From assembly GCA_964404005.1 (NCBI GenBank), contig CAYOIH010000001.1:226-64225 (forward strand): DNA of 64,000 bases, in the 5' to 3' direction. The notes beneath the pieces are model-generated. The model worked only from the letters and a program-made list of their open reading frames with translations. It made no database searches and had not been told where the DNA came from. Made by a program: the position numbers and the translations under genes. The stretch comes from an uncultured Candidatus Saccharibacteria bacterium. GTDB lineage: Bacteria > Patescibacteriota > Minisyncoccia > Minisyncoccales > Staskawiczbacteraceae. Positions 8,616-18,624 of the stretch are shown here, piece after piece. How positions within the stretch are numbered: the stretch's first letter is position 1; every line of letters starts with the position of its first letter.

Positions 8616-9344
8616 ATGATTATTGCCGGACTGCAGAAAACAACTCTAATTGACTATCCAAAAAAAGTTGCCTGTACTGTTTTTTTGACCGGGTGCAATT
8701 TCAGGTGTCCGTGGTGTTATTCTTCGGAGCTGGTTTTGCCCGCAAAAATTGTAAAACAGCCGAGAATTGAAGAGAAAGATTTTTTTGATTTTTTAAGGAC
8801 AAGGCAGGGTTTATTGGACGGAGTTGTAATTTGTGGGGGAGAGCCGACAATAAATAAAGATCTACCCCAGTTTATAGAAAAAATAAAAAAATTAGGTTAT
8901 CTGGTAAAATTGGATACTAACGGCTCAAACCCGAAAATGCTGAAAGATCTGGTAAATACAAAGTTGGTTGATTATGTTGCAATGGATATTAAAACAAAGG
9001 GAGAGAGTCCAGTTTACCAAAATCTTATGACAGAGGGAATTATAATAGATAATATAAAAGAAAGCGTTGAATTTCTAAAGGCCCATTCGACAGGCTCAGG
9101 GCAAACCTGCGGGTTTGATTTTGAATTTCGCACAACAGTTGTAAATACTATTCACGTAAAAGAAGATTTTTTGGAAATCGCGAAATGGATTGGAGGGCCG
9201 GGTGTTAAATATTATTTACAAAATTTCAGAGCTGAAAAAACAATTGACCCGGAATTTGAAAAAGTAGAACCGTTCAAGCAGGCATTTTTAGAGGAAATAG
9301 TAAAAGAAATTTCTCCTTATTTTGAAGAGTGCAAAGCGAGATGA
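8616..9344 (+). CDS. nrdG: anaerobic RNR activating radical SAM enzyme
   Basis: GCNFRCPWC, GGEPT, KLDTNGS, FEFRTT; follows nrdD. Confidence 0.9.
   Translation: MIIAGLQKTTLIDYPKKVACTVFLTGCNFRCPWCYSSELVLPAKIVKQPRIEEKDFFDFLRTRQGLLDGVVICGGEPTINKDLPQFIEKIKKLGYLVKLDTNGSNPKMLKDLVNTKLVDYVAMDIKTKGESPVYQNLMTEGIIIDNIKESVEFLKAHSTGSGQTCGFDFEFRTTVVNTIHVKEDFLEIAKWIGGPGVKYYLQNFRAEKTIDPEFEKVEPFKQAFLEEIVKEISPYFEECKAR
9083..9102 (+). repeat. family A element inside nrdG
   Basis: CCATTCGACAGGCTCAGGGC; encodes HSTGSG. Confidence 0.8.
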
Positions 9345-10852
9345 CTTCGTCTAAGATATTATTTTTTCTTTGTATCGCGTTTGTTGTTGGAATATTTTTT
9401 GAGTCTTTGGTAAAAATTCCCCAAATTTTTGTTTGTGGGATTTTATTTATCGGAATTTTGCTAATTTTTTCATCATTCGTAATCCGCGAGAATCCGTTAT
9501 TAAGCCGTGTAAATCTGTTAGTCGCAGGATTCTGTCTTTTATTTTTAATTATAGGAATCCTGCGACTCCAGATTTTTGAATTTAATATCTCAAATGACAA
9601 ATTAAGCCAGTTAAACGGAAAAGGTGAAATTACGATTAGCGGAACAATATGCAAAGAGCCGGATGTAAGGGACACGTCGCAAAAATTAACGGTATGCGCC
9701 CAAGGAAGCGAGGTTTTGGTGACTACGAACAGGTATCCCGAATACAAATATTTAGATGAAATAAAAATTACGGGAAAACTTGAGGAGCCGATGGAGACCG
9801 AAGATTTTAGTTATAAAAATTATTTATTGAAAGATCATATTTATTCTGTGATAGGCTTTCCTAAAATTGAAGTGTCGGGCAAAGCCAGCGAAGACCCGTT
9901 CTCCGCTATTTATTCTGGGATATTATTTTTAAAACAAAAAATAAGGCAAAGCATACAGAATAATTTTTTGCCTCCACAAAGCTCTGTATTGCAGGGGATT
10001 ATTTTGGGAGACAAAAGCGCGGTAGGGCAGAATATCAAGGATAAATTTAAAAACACAGGTCTAAGCCACGTGATTGCGGTTTCCGGCATGCATATTGTCA
10101 TATTAAGTTCTATTGTAATGTCATTTTTGCTGTTTTTGGGTTTATGGAGAAGGCAGGCATTTTATGGAGCAGTAGTTTTTATTTGTATTTATGTTGTTTT
10201 AACCGGTTTGCCTCCGTCCGGATTGAGGGCTGGAATTATGGGCATAATTTATTTATCAGGCCAGGCGCTGGGCAGGCAGACAATGAGCTCAAGAATAATT
10301 ATTTTAGCAGCGGCATTAATGCTTTTATTCAATCCTTTGCTTCTGATTTATGACGTCGGATTTCAGCTTTCGTTTTTAGCTGTTTTGGGCTTAATATATT
10401 TTGAACCGGCCATAAGAAATTTTATAAAATTTTTAGCAGACAGGTTTTTTAAGTTAAAAATCAGCGAAAAATACGAAAGCGTCCTTATGGTGCTTACCGC
10501 CACAATATCTGCCCAAGTTTTTACTTTACCGATTATAATTTACAATTTTGGGAATATTTCTTTCATTTCTCCTGTGACTAATATATTAATCGTGCCGATT
10601 ATTTATTATCTGATGTTTTTTGGGCTTTTATCTTCTGTGGCAGGAATAATTTGGGGGTTTTTGGGTTGGTTGCTGTCTTTGCCGTGCTATTTTTTGATGA
10701 CGTATTTTTTATGGGTGATTAATATTTTTGACAAGCCATGGTCGCATAAAATTATTTCAAATGTTTCCTGGGTTTGGCTTCCGATTTCTTATTTAATTAT
10801 TGGCTTTACTACTTGGATTTTGAACAAGAAGTTTGTTCAGAAAATAGTCTAA
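9341..10852 (+). CDS. comEC: ComEC/Rec2 competence channel without a metallo-beta-lactamase domain
   Basis: GLSHVIAVSGMH, PSGLRAGIM, DVGFQLSF; many TM segments; ATG 9341 overlaps the nrdG stop. Confidence 0.9.
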   Translation: MTSSKILFFLCIAFVVGIFFESLVKIPQIFVCGILFIGILLIFSSFVIRENPLLSRVNLLVAGFCLLFLIIGILRLQIFEFNISNDKLSQLNGKGEITISGTICKEPDVRDTSQKLTVCAQGSEVLVTTNRYPEYKYLDEIKITGKLEEPMETEDFSYKNYLLKDHIYSVIGFPKIEVSGKASEDPFSAIYSGILFLKQKIRQSIQNNFLPPQSSVLQGIILGDKSAVGQNIKDKFKNTGLSHVIAVSGMHIVILSSIVMSFLLFLGLWRRQAFYGAVVFICIYVVLTGLPPSGLRAGIMGIIYLSGQALGRQTMSSRIIILAAALMLLFNPLLLIYDVGFQLSFLAVLGLIYFEPAIRNFIKFLADRFFKLKISEKYESVLMVLTATISAQVFTLPIIIYNFGNISFISPVTNILIVPIIYYLMFFGLLSSVAGIIWGFLGWLLSLPCYFLMTYFLWVINIFDKPWSHKIISNVSWVWLPISYLIIGFTTWILNKKFVQKIV

Positions 10853-10926
10853 GATTATATTATTAGTAGCTCTTTGGGGCTTTAAATATGGCCTATTAAA
10901 ATGTATAATTGTATAATAATATAATA

Positions 10927-12240
10927 ATGGAAAATCAAAAAAATTTATTAAATACCGGCAAGGCCTGGATTGTGGCGGCAGATATGGGCTATGGCCACCA
11001 AAGGACAGCTTACCCTTTAAGGGACATCGCTTTCGGGGGTAAGGTGATTTGCGCCAATAGCTATCGGGGCATTCCCAAAAAAGATAAAAAATTCTGGCAG
11101 AAAACGCGATTTTTATATGAGTTTATTTCGAGATTCAAAAGAATTCCCCTCTTAGGAGATTTTGCTTTTTCAATTTTAGACAAGTTTCAGAAAATTTTAA
11201 TTTATTATCCCAAAAGGGATTTATCCAGGCCGGATATCGCCCTAAGGAATATTTTTTATTTTATCAGAAATGGCTGGGGAAAGGATTTAATTGAAAGATT
11301 TAAAAAAAATTCTATACCGTTAATTTCCACTTTTTTTACACCGGCTTTTATGGCAGAGGCTTTCAATTATCCGAATGATATTTATTGCGTTATATGCGAT
11401 GCTGATGTTTCAAGGGCATGGGCGCCGTTAGACCCCAAAAAGAGCAAGATTAAATATTTTGTTCCCAATACCTGGACGCGCGACAGGCTAAAGCTTTATG
11501 GAGTAAGTCCTGAACACATTTTTTTGACAGGATACCCGTTGCCGAAAGAAAATATCGGAGAAAATCTGGAAATTTTGAAGGAAGATATGAGGCGCCGAAT
11601 TATAAATTTGGACCCCAATAAAAAGTACAGAAAACTATACGAGCCTTTAATTAAAGGTATTTTAGGCAAATTACCGGAAAAATCAGACCATCCTTTAACT
11701 ATAATGTTTTCTATAGGAGGGGCTGGGGCGCAGAAAGAAATCCCACTAAATGCGATAAACAGCCTGAAGAAAAGTATAAAAAATAGAAAATTAAGGTTTA
11801 TTATAGCCGTCGGTGTAAGAGAAGAATTGAGAAAATATTTTGCAGAAAATATAAAGGACTTGAAATTAGACGGCTGGGTTCATATTTTATCCGGCATAAC
11901 AACAGATGAATATTTCAAAACTTTTAATGAGGCCTTGAGAGAGACGGATGTTTTATGGACAAAACCGTCTGAACTTTCTTTTTATGCAGGGTTGGGCATT
12001 CCTATAATTATGGCTCCAACAATCGGTTCGCAGGAGGATTTTAATAAAAAATGGCTGTTGCACGTTGGCGCCGGCGTTGCGCAGGAAAATCCAAAATACG
12101 CCGAGCAATGGTTTTACGATTCGTTAAATTCCGGTGATTTGGCCGAAGTTGCTGTGCAGGGCTTTGTAGAAATAGAAAAAATGGGCGCATATAATATAGA
12201 AAAAATAATAAGATCCAATATGTACCATAACAAAACATAA
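10927..12240 (+). CDS. GT-B fold protein resembling UgtP/MGDG-synthase-type (GT28-like) glycosyltransferases
   Basis: N-terminal MGYGH, 'GYPL', 'TKPSE..GIPII..GSQEDFN' patterns. Confidence 0.55.
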   Translation: MENQKNLLNTGKAWIVAADMGYGHQRTAYPLRDIAFGGKVICANSYRGIPKKDKKFWQKTRFLYEFISRFKRIPLLGDFAFSILDKFQKILIYYPKRDLSRPDIALRNIFYFIRNGWGKDLIERFKKNSIPLISTFFTPAFMAEAFNYPNDIYCVICDADVSRAWAPLDPKKSKIKYFVPNTWTRDRLKLYGVSPEHIFLTGYPLPKENIGENLEILKEDMRRRIINLDPNKKYRKLYEPLIKGILGKLPEKSDHPLTIMFSIGGAGAQKEIPLNAINSLKKSIKNRKLRFIIAVGVREELRKYFAENIKDLKLDGWVHILSGITTDEYFKTFNEALRETDVLWTKPSELSFYAGLGIPIIMAPTIGSQEDFNKKWLLHVGAGVAQENPKYAEQWFYDSLNSGDLAEVAVQGFVEIEKMGAYNIEKIIRSNMYHNKT

Positions 12241-12241
12241 A

Positions 12242-13267
12242 ATGAGAAAAAAAACAAAAATGATTATAATTTTTTTACTAATAATTATAGCCACGCTGGC
12301 AGTTGTTTTTTGCTATTTTTTTGCAGGAAAAGCGCCCGTGTCCCAAAATATCACATGGGGCGTTGATTTTTCCCAGATGCAGGCAGAATCTTTAAAACTG
12401 AACTGGAAAGAAGCCTATTTGTCTATAATTGACGATTTGGGCGCAAAAAATATAAAACTTCACACACAGTGGGATTGGGTTGAAGGCAAGCAAGATAAAT
12501 ATTACTTTAACGATATCGACTGGCAATTAGCCGAGGCAAAAAATAACGGAGTTAAGATTATTTATGTTTTAGGCCTAAAAAGCGGGCGCTGGCCGGAGTG
12601 CCACATCCCGGCATGGGCATCTTCTCTGGCAAAAGACCAACAGCAGGAGAAATTATTAAAATATATAAAAACAGTTGTTTTGAGATATAAAGATAATCCC
12701 GCGATTATCAATTGGCAGGTGGAAAACGAGCCTCTTTTTAAGTTCGGCACTTGCCCGGATTGGTACTACGACGGCGGAAAGTTTTTGGCACAGGAAGTGG
12801 CGTTAGTCAAATTTTTAGATCCGTCAAGGCCGGTTATTATTTCCGACTCCGGCGAGCAGTCTAACTGGTTTGGCGCGGCTAAAATAGCAGATATAGTGGG
12901 CATCACAATGTATAGGGAAGTTTGGGCGCACGTAGCAGACGGCTGGGGGTTTTATTTAAAATCGTTTTTATCTCCGGTGACCTATTGGCGCAAGGCCCTT
13001 CTTATACAAAAATTATTCAACAAAAGCGTAATTTGCATAGAATTGCAGGCAGAGCCATGGGCTTCAAAACCGTTTTATGATGTTCCGCTGTTAGAACAGG
13101 CAAAAACCATGAATCCGGAAATATTCGGAAAGAATGTTGAGTACGCAAAAGAAACAGGATTGGACAAAGTTTATATGTGGGGAGTAGAATGGTGGTACTG
13201 GATGAAAACGACCCAAAACCAGTCACAGATTTGGGATAGTGCAAAAGCTTTATTTAACACTAAGTAA
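12242..13267 (+). CDS. membrane-anchored clan GH-A glycoside hydrolase-like protein
   Basis: N-terminal TM segment; WQVENEP acid/base motif and IELQAEPW candidate nucleophile. Confidence 0.65.
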   Translation: MRKKTKMIIIFLLIIIATLAVVFCYFFAGKAPVSQNITWGVDFSQMQAESLKLNWKEAYLSIIDDLGAKNIKLHTQWDWVEGKQDKYYFNDIDWQLAEAKNNGVKIIYVLGLKSGRWPECHIPAWASSLAKDQQQEKLLKYIKTVVLRYKDNPAIINWQVENEPLFKFGTCPDWYYDGGKFLAQEVALVKFLDPSRPVIISDSGEQSNWFGAAKIADIVGITMYREVWAHVADGWGFYLKSFLSPVTYWRKALLIQKLFNKSVICIELQAEPWASKPFYDVPLLEQAKTMNPEIFGKNVEYAKETGLDKVYMWGVEWWYWMKTTQNQSQIWDSAKALFNTK

Positions 13268-13268
13268 A

Positions 13269-13988
13269 ATGTTGTCTATAATTATTCCATCGTTAAATGA
13301 GGAAAAATATTTGCCACTGCTTTTAGAATCAATAAAAAAGCAGGGATTTTCTGATTATGAAATTATTTTGGCTGATGCCGGATCAACAGATAAAACAGCG
13401 GAGATTGCAAAAAAATATAGCTGTATAATTACGCCCGGAGGATTGCCCGGCAAGGGTAGAAACAATGGGGCTAAAATCGCCAAAGGGGATTTGCTGTTTT
13501 TTATAGATGCAGACACCGTTATGCCGGATAATTCCCTTAAAAAAAGTTTAGCCGAGTTTAACGAAAGAAAACTTGAAATTGCCAGTTTTTGTTTAGTTTC
13601 GCTTCCTAAAAGTAAATTTTCATCCTTTCTTTTAAATATTTTTTACAACCAGCCCATTGTTTTATTGGAGAGCGCATTACCGCATGCTGCCATGGGAATT
13701 TTAATCAAAAAAGATATTTTTGAAAAAATCGGAGGATTTGACGAAGATGTCAAGCTGGCAGAAGACCATTATTTAGCGAGGCGCGCCACAGGGGGATTTA
13801 AAGCAAAATTTGGGATTATAAAATCTACAGAATTATTTGTTTCAGATAGAAGATTTAAAACAGACGGCTGGTTTTCAACCGGTATAAAATTTTTTCTTTG
13901 CGAATTGCACATGATATTTTTAGGTCCGGTGAAATCCGACATTTTTAGATATAAATTCGGCCACTACAAAGAAAAGACCAAAAGTTAA
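13269..13988 (+). CDS. GT2 glycosyltransferase
   Basis: SIIIPSLNEE, DAGSTD, FIDAD, GGFDE..AED. Confidence 0.9.
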   Translation: MLSIIIPSLNEEKYLPLLLESIKKQGFSDYEIILADAGSTDKTAEIAKKYSCIITPGGLPGKGRNNGAKIAKGDLLFFIDADTVMPDNSLKKSLAEFNERKLEIASFCLVSLPKSKFSSFLLNIFYNQPIVLLESALPHAAMGILIKKDIFEKIGGFDEDVKLAEDHYLARRATGGFKAKFGIIKSTELFVSDRRFKTDGWFSTGIKFFLCELHMIFLGPVKSDIFRYKFGHYKEKTKS

Positions 13989-14014
13989 TTTTTATTTTAT
14001 TAATTTTTTTATTT

Positions 14015-15304
14015 ATGCAGTACAATTTTTCAGCGCCAGACATAAAAGGTATTAAAAATAAAATCGTAAAAGTTATAAAAAACAGAAAACTGTGGGCGGG
14101 AGTGGGCTTGGTTATAATAGGATGCGTGGCAGGTATAGCAGTTTTTCATTATTTCCCGTCTCAAACAGACGCGTTTTTGCAATATTTTCAAATGCCGGCA
14201 ACCCAGATTTCTAAAACTACCGGCCAGCCGACGGCAAACCAGTATGTTTCAAGCGTTTCTTATGAGCAGGCGGTAATTGACGCGGCAAAAAATGTTTCGC
14301 CCTCTGTTGTTAGTATTGTGATTTCAAAAAATGTTCCTGTCTATGAGCAACAATTTGTAAATCCGTTTGGCGAAACATTTCCGGAGTTTAATTTTCAGAT
14401 TCCTCAACAGGTGCAAAACGGAACGAAATACCAGGAAGTCGGAGCCGGCTCAGGTTTTATAGTTTCAGTAGACGGTTTGGTTTTAACAAACAAGCACGTT
14501 GTATCTGACAGTAAAGCAGATTACACCGTTTTTACAAATGACGGACAAAAATATCCGGCAAAAGTTTTGGCGTTAGACCCCGTGCAGGATTTGGCTGTTA
14601 TAAAAATAGAACCGCAAGAAGGAAAAACGTTTCAAGCAGTGACGTTGGGAGATTCTGACGGCGTGCAGATAGGCCAAACGGCAATTGCTATTGGAAACGC
14701 GCTGGGGCAATTTTCCAACACAGTTTCTGTGGGCGTGGTTTCCGGTCTTGAAAGGACAATTTCCGCTTCCGACCAAGTCGGTTCGTTTTTTGAAACATTG
14801 GAAAATATTATTCAGACAGACGCGGCAATTAACGCGGGAAATTCCGGAGGGCCCTTATTAAATCTGAAAGGTGAGGTTATTGGGATTGATACTGCCATGG
14901 CGCAAGGAGCCCAGGATATTGGTTTTGCAATACCGATTAATATGGCAAAAAAAGATATAGAGCAGGTTAAGGCAACAAACAAAATTGTTTACCCGTTTTT
15001 AGGAGTAAGATATGTTCTGGTTGATGACCAAGTAAAACAAAAATATAATTTGTCTGTAGATTACGGGGCTTTGGTTCTAAAAGGAAGCAAGGGAGAGGTG
15101 GCTGTGACTTCGGGGTCTGCGGCAGAAAAAGCCGGCGTAAAAGAAAACGACATTATTTTGGAATTAAACGGGCAAAAGATTACTAAAGACAGTTCTCTTT
15201 CAAACATGCTTTTAAATTATAACCCAGGCGACACGGTTTCCTTAAAAATTTTGCGCGACGGAGAGGAGACGAATATAGACGTTGTGCTGGGCGAGAGGAG
15301 TTAG
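14015..15304 (+). CDS. htrA: HtrA/DegP-like serine protease with PDZ domain
   Basis: GSGFIV, TNKHVV, QTDAAINAGNSGGPL; C-terminal PDZ. Confidence 0.93.
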   Translation: MQYNFSAPDIKGIKNKIVKVIKNRKLWAGVGLVIIGCVAGIAVFHYFPSQTDAFLQYFQMPATQISKTTGQPTANQYVSSVSYEQAVIDAAKNVSPSVVSIVISKNVPVYEQQFVNPFGETFPEFNFQIPQQVQNGTKYQEVGAGSGFIVSVDGLVLTNKHVVSDSKADYTVFTNDGQKYPAKVLALDPVQDLAVIKIEPQEGKTFQAVTLGDSDGVQIGQTAIAIGNALGQFSNTVSVGVVSGLERTISASDQVGSFFETLENIIQTDAAINAGNSGGPLLNLKGEVIGIDTAMAQGAQDIGFAIPINMAKKDIEQVKATNKIVYPFLGVRYVLVDDQVKQKYNLSVDYGALVLKGSKGEVAVTSGSAAEKAGVKENDIILELNGQKITKDSSLSNMLLNYNPGDTVSLKILRDGEETNIDVVLGERS

Positions 15305-15378
15305 TAAAATTTATATTATAAGCTAAAAAAAGCAGGCTGTTATGATGGTCTGTTTTTTATTTTTGTGGGGACATTGAG

Positions 15379-15405
15379 TTATCACTCTTGACTTGAGAGT
15401 GCTAT
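15379..15405 (+). promoter_or_regulatory. CIRCE (HrcA operator) upstream of clpB
   Basis: TTATCACTC-N9-GAGTGCTAT, 2 mismatches to TTAGCACTC-N9-GAGTGCTAA; adjacent promoter TTGATT(15405)-N17-TAAAAT(15428). Confidence 0.8.
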
Positions 15406-15466
15406 TGATTTATCATAAAGTTTGAGCTAAAATAGAAATATAAAACGTAATAATAATATTGAATCA

Positions 15467-15555
15467 CCCTTCGGCAAGCTCAGGGCGCTTCGACTCCGCA
15501 AATTAAATACTTGCGCTGAGCGGAGCCTGAGTCAGACGAAGGCGGAGTCGAAGCG
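15467..15555. repeat. composite/nested family A elements in the clpB leader
   Basis: CCCTTCGGCAAGCTCAGGGC 15467-15486; 14-bp IR CGCTTCGACTCCGC (15486-15499) / GCGGAGTCGAAGCG (15542-15555); nested CCTGAGTCAGACGAAGG 15526-15542. Confidence 0.8.
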
Positions 15556-18281
15556 TGAACGGATCAAATTTTACAAACAAGGCTCAAGATGCGCTGATGC
15601 AAGCCCAACAATTGGCTCAGGAAAAAGGGCAGTCGCAGATTGACGCCTTGCATTTGCTTTATGTGTTGCTTGTGCAAGAAGGCAGTATTATAACTACAAT
15701 TTTACAAAAACTCGGTATAGATGGAGACTCTTTAAATAAAAAAGTTGAGTCTCAAATTGCAAAAATTCCGACAACTTTATCTCCGCAGGCATTCGGGCAG
15801 TTTTATCTTACGCAGGACATGGCAAAAGTTTTAGACCGTGCCAGGCAGGAGGCGATAAAAATGAACGATGAATTTATTTCCGTCGAGCATTTATTTTTAG
15901 CGCTTTTAGATACAAAATCAGGAGCTAAAGATATTTTAGAAAAAATTAACTTTATATCCGGATCTTCCGGAGCAGCGGAAGGAAGCAACCTGAAGAATTC
16001 TAAACTTGATTACGAAGTTGTAATAAAAATTTTGTCGCAGATAAGAGGAGGGCAAAGGATTACAGACCCGGAGCCGGAATCAAAATACCAGGTAATCGAA
16101 AAATATACCAGAAACTTAACCAATTTGGCGTCTGCCGGAAAAATTGATCCGATAATCGGTAGGGATAATGAAATCAGAAGATTGATGCAAATAATTTCCA
16201 GAAGGACAAAAAATAATCCGGTGCTAATTGGAGAAGCCGGAGTCGGAAAAACAGCCATTGTTGAGGGGTTTGCCCAAAGAATTGCCAGGGGGAATGTGCC
16301 CGATTTTTTAAAGAACAAGGAAATAATTTCTTTGGATTTGGGTTCTATAATTGCGGGAACAAAATATCGAGGAGAATTTGAAACAAGAATTAAAGCGTTG
16401 TTAAAAGAGTTGTCACGGGCTGCAGGAAAATATATTTTATTTATTGATGAATTGCATACTTTAGTGGGAGCGGGGGCCGCAGAGGGAGCAATGGACGCTT
16501 CAAATCTTTTAAAGCCCGCATTATCCAGGGGAGAATTAAGAGCAATTGGAGCCACAACCACAAGAGAATATCAAAAATACATTGAACAGGACCCGGCTTT
16601 AGAAAGGAGATTTCAGCCGATTTATGTTCAAGAACCTAATGTGGAAGATGCCACCGCGATTTTGCGTGGAATTAAAGAAAAATATGAAGTCCATCATGGA
16701 GTGAAAATAAAAGATTCTGCTATTAAGGCCGCTGTTGAATTGGCAAGCAGATACATTGCCGACAGATTTTTGCCGGACAAAGCGGTTGATTTGATGGACG
16801 AGGCGGCTTCTGCTTTAAGGTTGGAAATTGAATCTGACCCGCAGGAATTGGAAAAATTTGACGAGGCGATTATGAAGCTTGAAATTGAAAAACAAGCGTT
16901 GCGACCCAGAGGGTACCCCGAGCAAGGCTCTGAAAGAAGGCTAAGAGTAATTGCCAGAGAGCTGGCGGATTTAAATGAAAAAACGAAATCATTGAGATTG
17001 AAATGGGGAGCTGAAAAGGAATTGATAAATAAAATAAAAGATATCAGGGAAAAACTGGACAATCTTTCCTACCAGACGGAAATTGCCCAAAGAGATGCGG
17101 ATTTGGAAAAAGTAGCTGAAATAAAATACGGGAAGATTCCGGAGTTATTGAAAGAACAGGCCGCGACAGAGCAAAAACTGATAAAAATACAAAAAGAGCA
17201 TAGATTTTTGAAGGAAGAAGTTACAGAAGAAGAGGTTGCCAAGGTTGTTTCCCGCTGGACCGGAATTCCGGTAATGCGTTTGATTACAGAAGAAGCGAAA
17301 AAATTAGAGACGATGGAAGACACCCTAAACAGGCGGGTAATCGGCCAGCAGGAAGCAATTTCAGCAATCTCAAGGGCTATCCGCAGGGCGAGAGCAGGAA
17401 TATCAGAGGAAGACAAGCCATTGGGCTCATTCCTGTTTTTGGGTCCCACCGGAGTTGGAAAAACGGAAACAGCTAGAGCCTTGGCGGAGTTTTTATTTGA
17501 TGATGAGAAAGCTATGATAAGGCTGGATATGTCAGAATATATGGAACGCCATACAGTTTCAAAAATTATAGGTTCCCCTCCAGGTTATGTTGGTTATGAA
17601 GAAGCCGGCCAACTGACAGAAAAAGTCAGAAGAAGACCGTATTCTGTTTTGCTGTTGGACGAAGTTGAAAAAGCTCACCCCGATGTTTTTAACATTTTAT
17701 TGCAGATTTTTGAAGACGGAAGATTAACAGACTCAAGGGGAAGAGTGGTGTCATTTAAAAATACAATTATTATAATGACTTCTAACTTGGGTTCAGATTA
17801 CATAAACAAAATGTCGTCTATCGGATTTAACACCAGAGAAGAATTGGTTCAAAGAGAATCAATGCGGGAAAAAATATTTGATTCTCTGCGCGACGCATTC
17901 AGGCCGGAGTTTTTGAACAGAATTGATGAAGTTGTGATATTCAATTATTTGCAGAAAGCGCAAATAAAAACGATCGTTGACTTAGAGTTATCCAAGGTTG
18001 AAAAGCGCTTGGCCTCAAAAGAAATTAAAATTGAGATTTCAGAAAAAGCCAAAGAATTTTTGGTAAAAGAAGGCTTTGATCCTAACTTGGGTGCGCGTCC
18101 CCTAAAAAGAGTAATTCAGCGTTTAATTTTAGATCCATTATCTATAAAAATCGTTACCAACGAAATTACAGAGGGTTCACGAATTTTAATCGACGAGAAA
18201 GACGGCAAGATGGTTTTTGAGGTGCCGCGGCAACTGCCCAGAATGAGGTCGGCGCCAAGATTGGCAAAAATAAAAAAATAA
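15555..18281 (+). CDS. clpB: ATP-dependent chaperone ClpB
   Basis: Clp-N repeats, two AAA+ modules (GEAGVGKT, GPTGVGKT), long coiled-coil middle domain. Confidence 0.93.
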   Translation: MNGSNFTNKAQDALMQAQQLAQEKGQSQIDALHLLYVLLVQEGSIITTILQKLGIDGDSLNKKVESQIAKIPTTLSPQAFGQFYLTQDMAKVLDRARQEAIKMNDEFISVEHLFLALLDTKSGAKDILEKINFISGSSGAAEGSNLKNSKLDYEVVIKILSQIRGGQRITDPEPESKYQVIEKYTRNLTNLASAGKIDPIIGRDNEIRRLMQIISRRTKNNPVLIGEAGVGKTAIVEGFAQRIARGNVPDFLKNKEIISLDLGSIIAGTKYRGEFETRIKALLKELSRAAGKYILFIDELHTLVGAGAAEGAMDASNLLKPALSRGELRAIGATTTREYQKYIEQDPALERRFQPIYVQEPNVEDATAILRGIKEKYEVHHGVKIKDSAIKAAVELASRYIADRFLPDKAVDLMDEAASALRLEIESDPQELEKFDEAIMKLEIEKQALRPRGYPEQGSERRLRVIARELADLNEKTKSLRLKWGAEKELINKIKDIREKLDNLSYQTEIAQRDADLEKVAEIKYGKIPELLKEQAATEQKLIKIQKEHRFLKEEVTEEEVAKVVSRWTGIPVMRLITEEAKKLETMEDTLNRRVIGQQEAISAISRAIRRARAGISEEDKPLGSFLFLGPTGVGKTETARALAEFLFDDEKAMIRLDMSEYMERHTVSKIIGSPPGYVGYEEAGQLTEKVRRRPYSVLLLDEVEKAHPDVFNILLQIFEDGRLTDSRGRVVSFKNTIIIMTSNLGSDYINKMSSIGFNTREELVQRESMREKIFDSLRDAFRPEFLNRIDEVVIFNYLQKAQIKTIVDLELSKVEKRLASKEIKIEISEKAKEFLVKEGFDPNLGARPLKRVIQRLILDPLSIKIVTNEITEGSRILIDEKDGKMVFEVPRQLPRMRSAPRLAKIKK

Positions 18282-18334
18282 AGTTACACTAAAAAATCGT
18301 CTAAGTAGCGATTTCTGCGCAGAAAGTTGGTGTT

Positions 18335-18571
18335 ATGTCGGACTTAACACCAACTACTTTATGTGGAGCAGTAGACAAAACCGATTTAGACCAATATGGC
18401 AGGTGCTTGTGGTATATATTTATAAATAATACCAATATTGATGTGCAACTGGTAAAAGAAGGCCTGGCGATTGCGCGTTTTTATGAACCGGATGTAAAAT
18501 ACAAAGCAGAAATAACAGCAGCCGAAAAATATGCCCAGCAAAATAGTATTGGCTGTAAATGGGTAAAATAA
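18335..18571 (+). pseudogene. C-terminal fragment of a thermonuclease (SNase-like)
   Basis: DQYGRCLWYIF...QLVKEGLA...AEKYAQQNSIGCKW; the N-terminal DGDT/RL-G-D-PE half is missing. Confidence 0.65.
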
Positions 18572-18624
18572 GCGGTTTGACTTCAATTTCTAAAAAATTG
18601 TAAGATAAGAAAACTATTGCAATT

